Positions 55,482 to 57,079 of a stretch of 57,079 nucleotides of DNA are shown here, one piece after another. The position numbers and the translations under genes are program-made. The stretch's first letter is position 1. Each line of letters begins with the position of its first letter. The DNA comes from an uncultured Desulfobacteraceae bacterium (lineage in GTDB: Bacteria; Desulfobacterota; Desulfobacteria; Desulfobacterales; JAABSP01), in contig CAZZBE010000004.1 in assembly GCA_964652715.1 (NCBI GenBank), positions 1-57,079 of the forward strand, written 5' to 3'. The notes under the pieces were generated by a model. It made no database searches. It worked only from the letters and a program-made list of their open reading frames with translations, and was not told the DNA's origin.

Positions 55482-56633
55482 TTAACGTAGTGTTAAGGAT
55501 TCGCTCAATGTTGCGCCCCGAAATTTTTCGAGCCGCCGATGCCGCCGTTCCGCCTGTCTCATGATTCGTCGGGCCTCACGCAGGGTCTTTCTCAGATCCC
55601 GGACCAAATATCGCGTATCGGCCTTGAGGGTTCGACCGGTTTGTCTGAAAAACGCAAGATGGGACTCAATGGTTTCGCGGGTGTCGTCGTCAAAGGCAGA
55701 GCGATGACGCCAGGAGAACACGCCGACTTTCCTCACCTGCCGGCCGATGGTTTTGAATCGGTTCATGCGGCGGCGGGCATCCTTGAGGGTGGCGAAAAGA
55801 CGGTTCCGCCGGTCCTTTAAAACGTCGATGGCCGACCGGATCTCATCCGCGTTTCGACGCCGCTTTGCTGTTCTCACCGCGCCAACGGCGTCGGAAAGGC
55901 CGTTGTGCTTTTCCCGCACCCCGGCCAGCAGATCGGTGTACTGCCCTGTCCATTTTTCGACGCGCTCCCGATACCGTTCAAGGATCCCCGGAATTTTGGG
56001 GATCAGTTCCGACCTCCGCGCGTCCCGCCACCGGTTCCAGTCCCGTTCCGCTCTCGGCGGCGCCGGTTTAGCGGTCACCGATTCGGTCGATGCGTCGAGT
56101 TCGGCCATCTCGCCGGCATTGATCGCGCGGACATCCCTCTCGTTGTCCAGTTCCACGACGCCCTCATCCACTAGGACTGCTGTTTCACCGCCAAGAGAGA
56201 CAATGGTCTCGAACGTCGTCCCGCGAACGCCGATGACCGCTGTCGCCGTATGGACCACCGGCTGTGCGTCGCCGCCGGTTACGGAGATCAGGGACCGCAA
56301 ATACCCCAGCGCCTGCTGCAAGACCGGCTGATCGTCGCCCTCTCCTTCCAGCCCGGACAACTCGTCGATGGTCGCCTCGGATCGTTCGCCCATCTGAAAA
56401 TAACCGCCCGCGCCGAGGGAGAAGCCGGCGGCGCTCTTTTCTCCCGTGGCAATGGCGTCTCCGGGAAAAAGCGCCGATCCGACTTTCGCCGCGATGGTTC
56501 GGCCCGTCAGCCGGGTGATCCGGACATCGTTGCGGACCTCCACGATTTGACCCACCGAATCGTCCGCGCCGTGTGCGAGCCCTGCCAAAAACAGGCCCAG
56601 AAATGCCATCACGCCCATAGACTTCCGTATCAT
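55482..56633 (-). CDS. secreted FecR-domain-like protein with long Arg-rich helical C-terminus
   Basis: A signal peptide (MGVMAFLGLFLAGLAHG) starts from the internal ATG at 56633. The FecR-like pattern is VEVRNDVRITR...GSALFPGDAIATGEKSAAGF. The track start at 56747 adds a Gly/Pro-rich non-signal extension. Confidence 0.62.
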   Translation of the reverse strand: MIRKSMGVMAFLGLFLAGLAHGADDSVGQIVEVRNDVRITRLTGRTIAAKVGSALFPGDAIATGEKSAAGFSLGAGGYFQMGERSEATIDELSGLEGEGDDQPVLQQALGYLRSLISVTGGDAQPVVHTATAVIGVRGTTFETIVSLGGETAVLVDEGVVELDNERDVRAINAGEMAELDASTESVTAKPAPPRAERDWNRWRDARRSELIPKIPGILERYRERVEKWTGQYTDLLAGVREKHNGLSDAVGAVRTAKRRRNADEIRSAIDVLKDRRNRLFATLKDARRRMNRFKTIGRQVRKVGVFSWRHRSAFDDDTRETIESHLAFFRQTGRTLKADTRYLVRDLRKTLREARRIMRQAERRHRRLEKFRGATLSESLTLR

Positions 56634-57079
56634 GCGCTCTACCTGCCCTTCTTTCTCTTCCTGTGCGGTCCCTGAAAAGGTTTCGGGACCACCGGGTTCG
56701 GGTCCGTCCGCCGCAACCCCGGCAGGAGGCCGTCCTGGCGAAATCACAGCAGGGTGTTATCTGCCGTCTTGCGCCTCAAATATGGTCTGGCGGTCAAGAC
56801 GGTAGATTTTAACCCGATCAGGATAGACGCCTTTTGTTAGGGAATTGTTAGCTCCCGGAACCCCCCCGATATAGACCTCTTGTTTTTTTTTATGCTACCG
56901 GCAGCCTTTATCGGGTCCATCTTGAGGGTCAATTGCCCCGGATGCCGCAACTCAGCATGAGGCGATATTGGTGTGCGGTCGTCCATCAGGTCCGGAAATG
57001 GTGGAAATGACGACCGACAAGGAGATGCCGGTTGCAGGGGGGTCGGTTTGGATTAATGGGATGAGGGGAATTGCCGGGT

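Noticed and set aside
57007-57079. Possible gene start (ATGACGACCGACAAGGAG...) running off the right edge.
   Set aside because: Only 24 codons are visible, with no recognisable motif. This is not supportable.

Overview
GC-rich bacterial chromosomal window. The gene content suggests a Desulfobacterota/deltaproteobacterial-type anaerobe, but that is inference only. I call about 45 credible protein genes. I saw no rRNA, tRNA or CRISPR array by eye. The housekeeping backbone is polA, ispF, cysS, uvrB, uvrC, mdh, purC, acs and an acyl-CoA dehydrogenase. Between these lie eight accessory blocks. (i) A cytoplasmic sensory-type [NiFe]-hydrogenase (small and large subunit) sits in an apparent operon with a soluble 3xPAS hybrid histidine kinase and a REC-GGDEF response regulator, a candidate H2 -> c-di-GMP signalling operon. 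(ii) A visibly AT-rich ABC/OLD-type ATPase gene is wedged exactly between polA and that operon. (iii) A lone Xer-like tyrosine recombinase is bracketed by two perfect long palindromes, next to a secreted cohesin-domain protein. (iv) An MglA-type GTPase cluster carries PATAN/cNMP and PilZ proteins but no MglB. (v) A TetR-acs-Na+/solute symporter unit is followed by a REC protein, a degenerate-kinase::DEDDh-exonuclease fusion and a cNMP/CBS/DUF294 nucleotidyltransferase. (vi) An AT-richer islet holds a PD-ExK endonuclease candidate and a circularly permuted C5 DNA methyltransferase. (vii) An SLC5-transporter-fused histidine kinase is preceded by an overlapping small membrane ORF. (viii) A minus-strand block holds a solute-binding-protein/MCP operon, two multidomain GGDEF/EAL proteins and a FecR-like protein. 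c-di-GMP signalling genes are unusually dense across the window. Many long ORFs in the supplied track are GC-driven antisense shadows and were not called.
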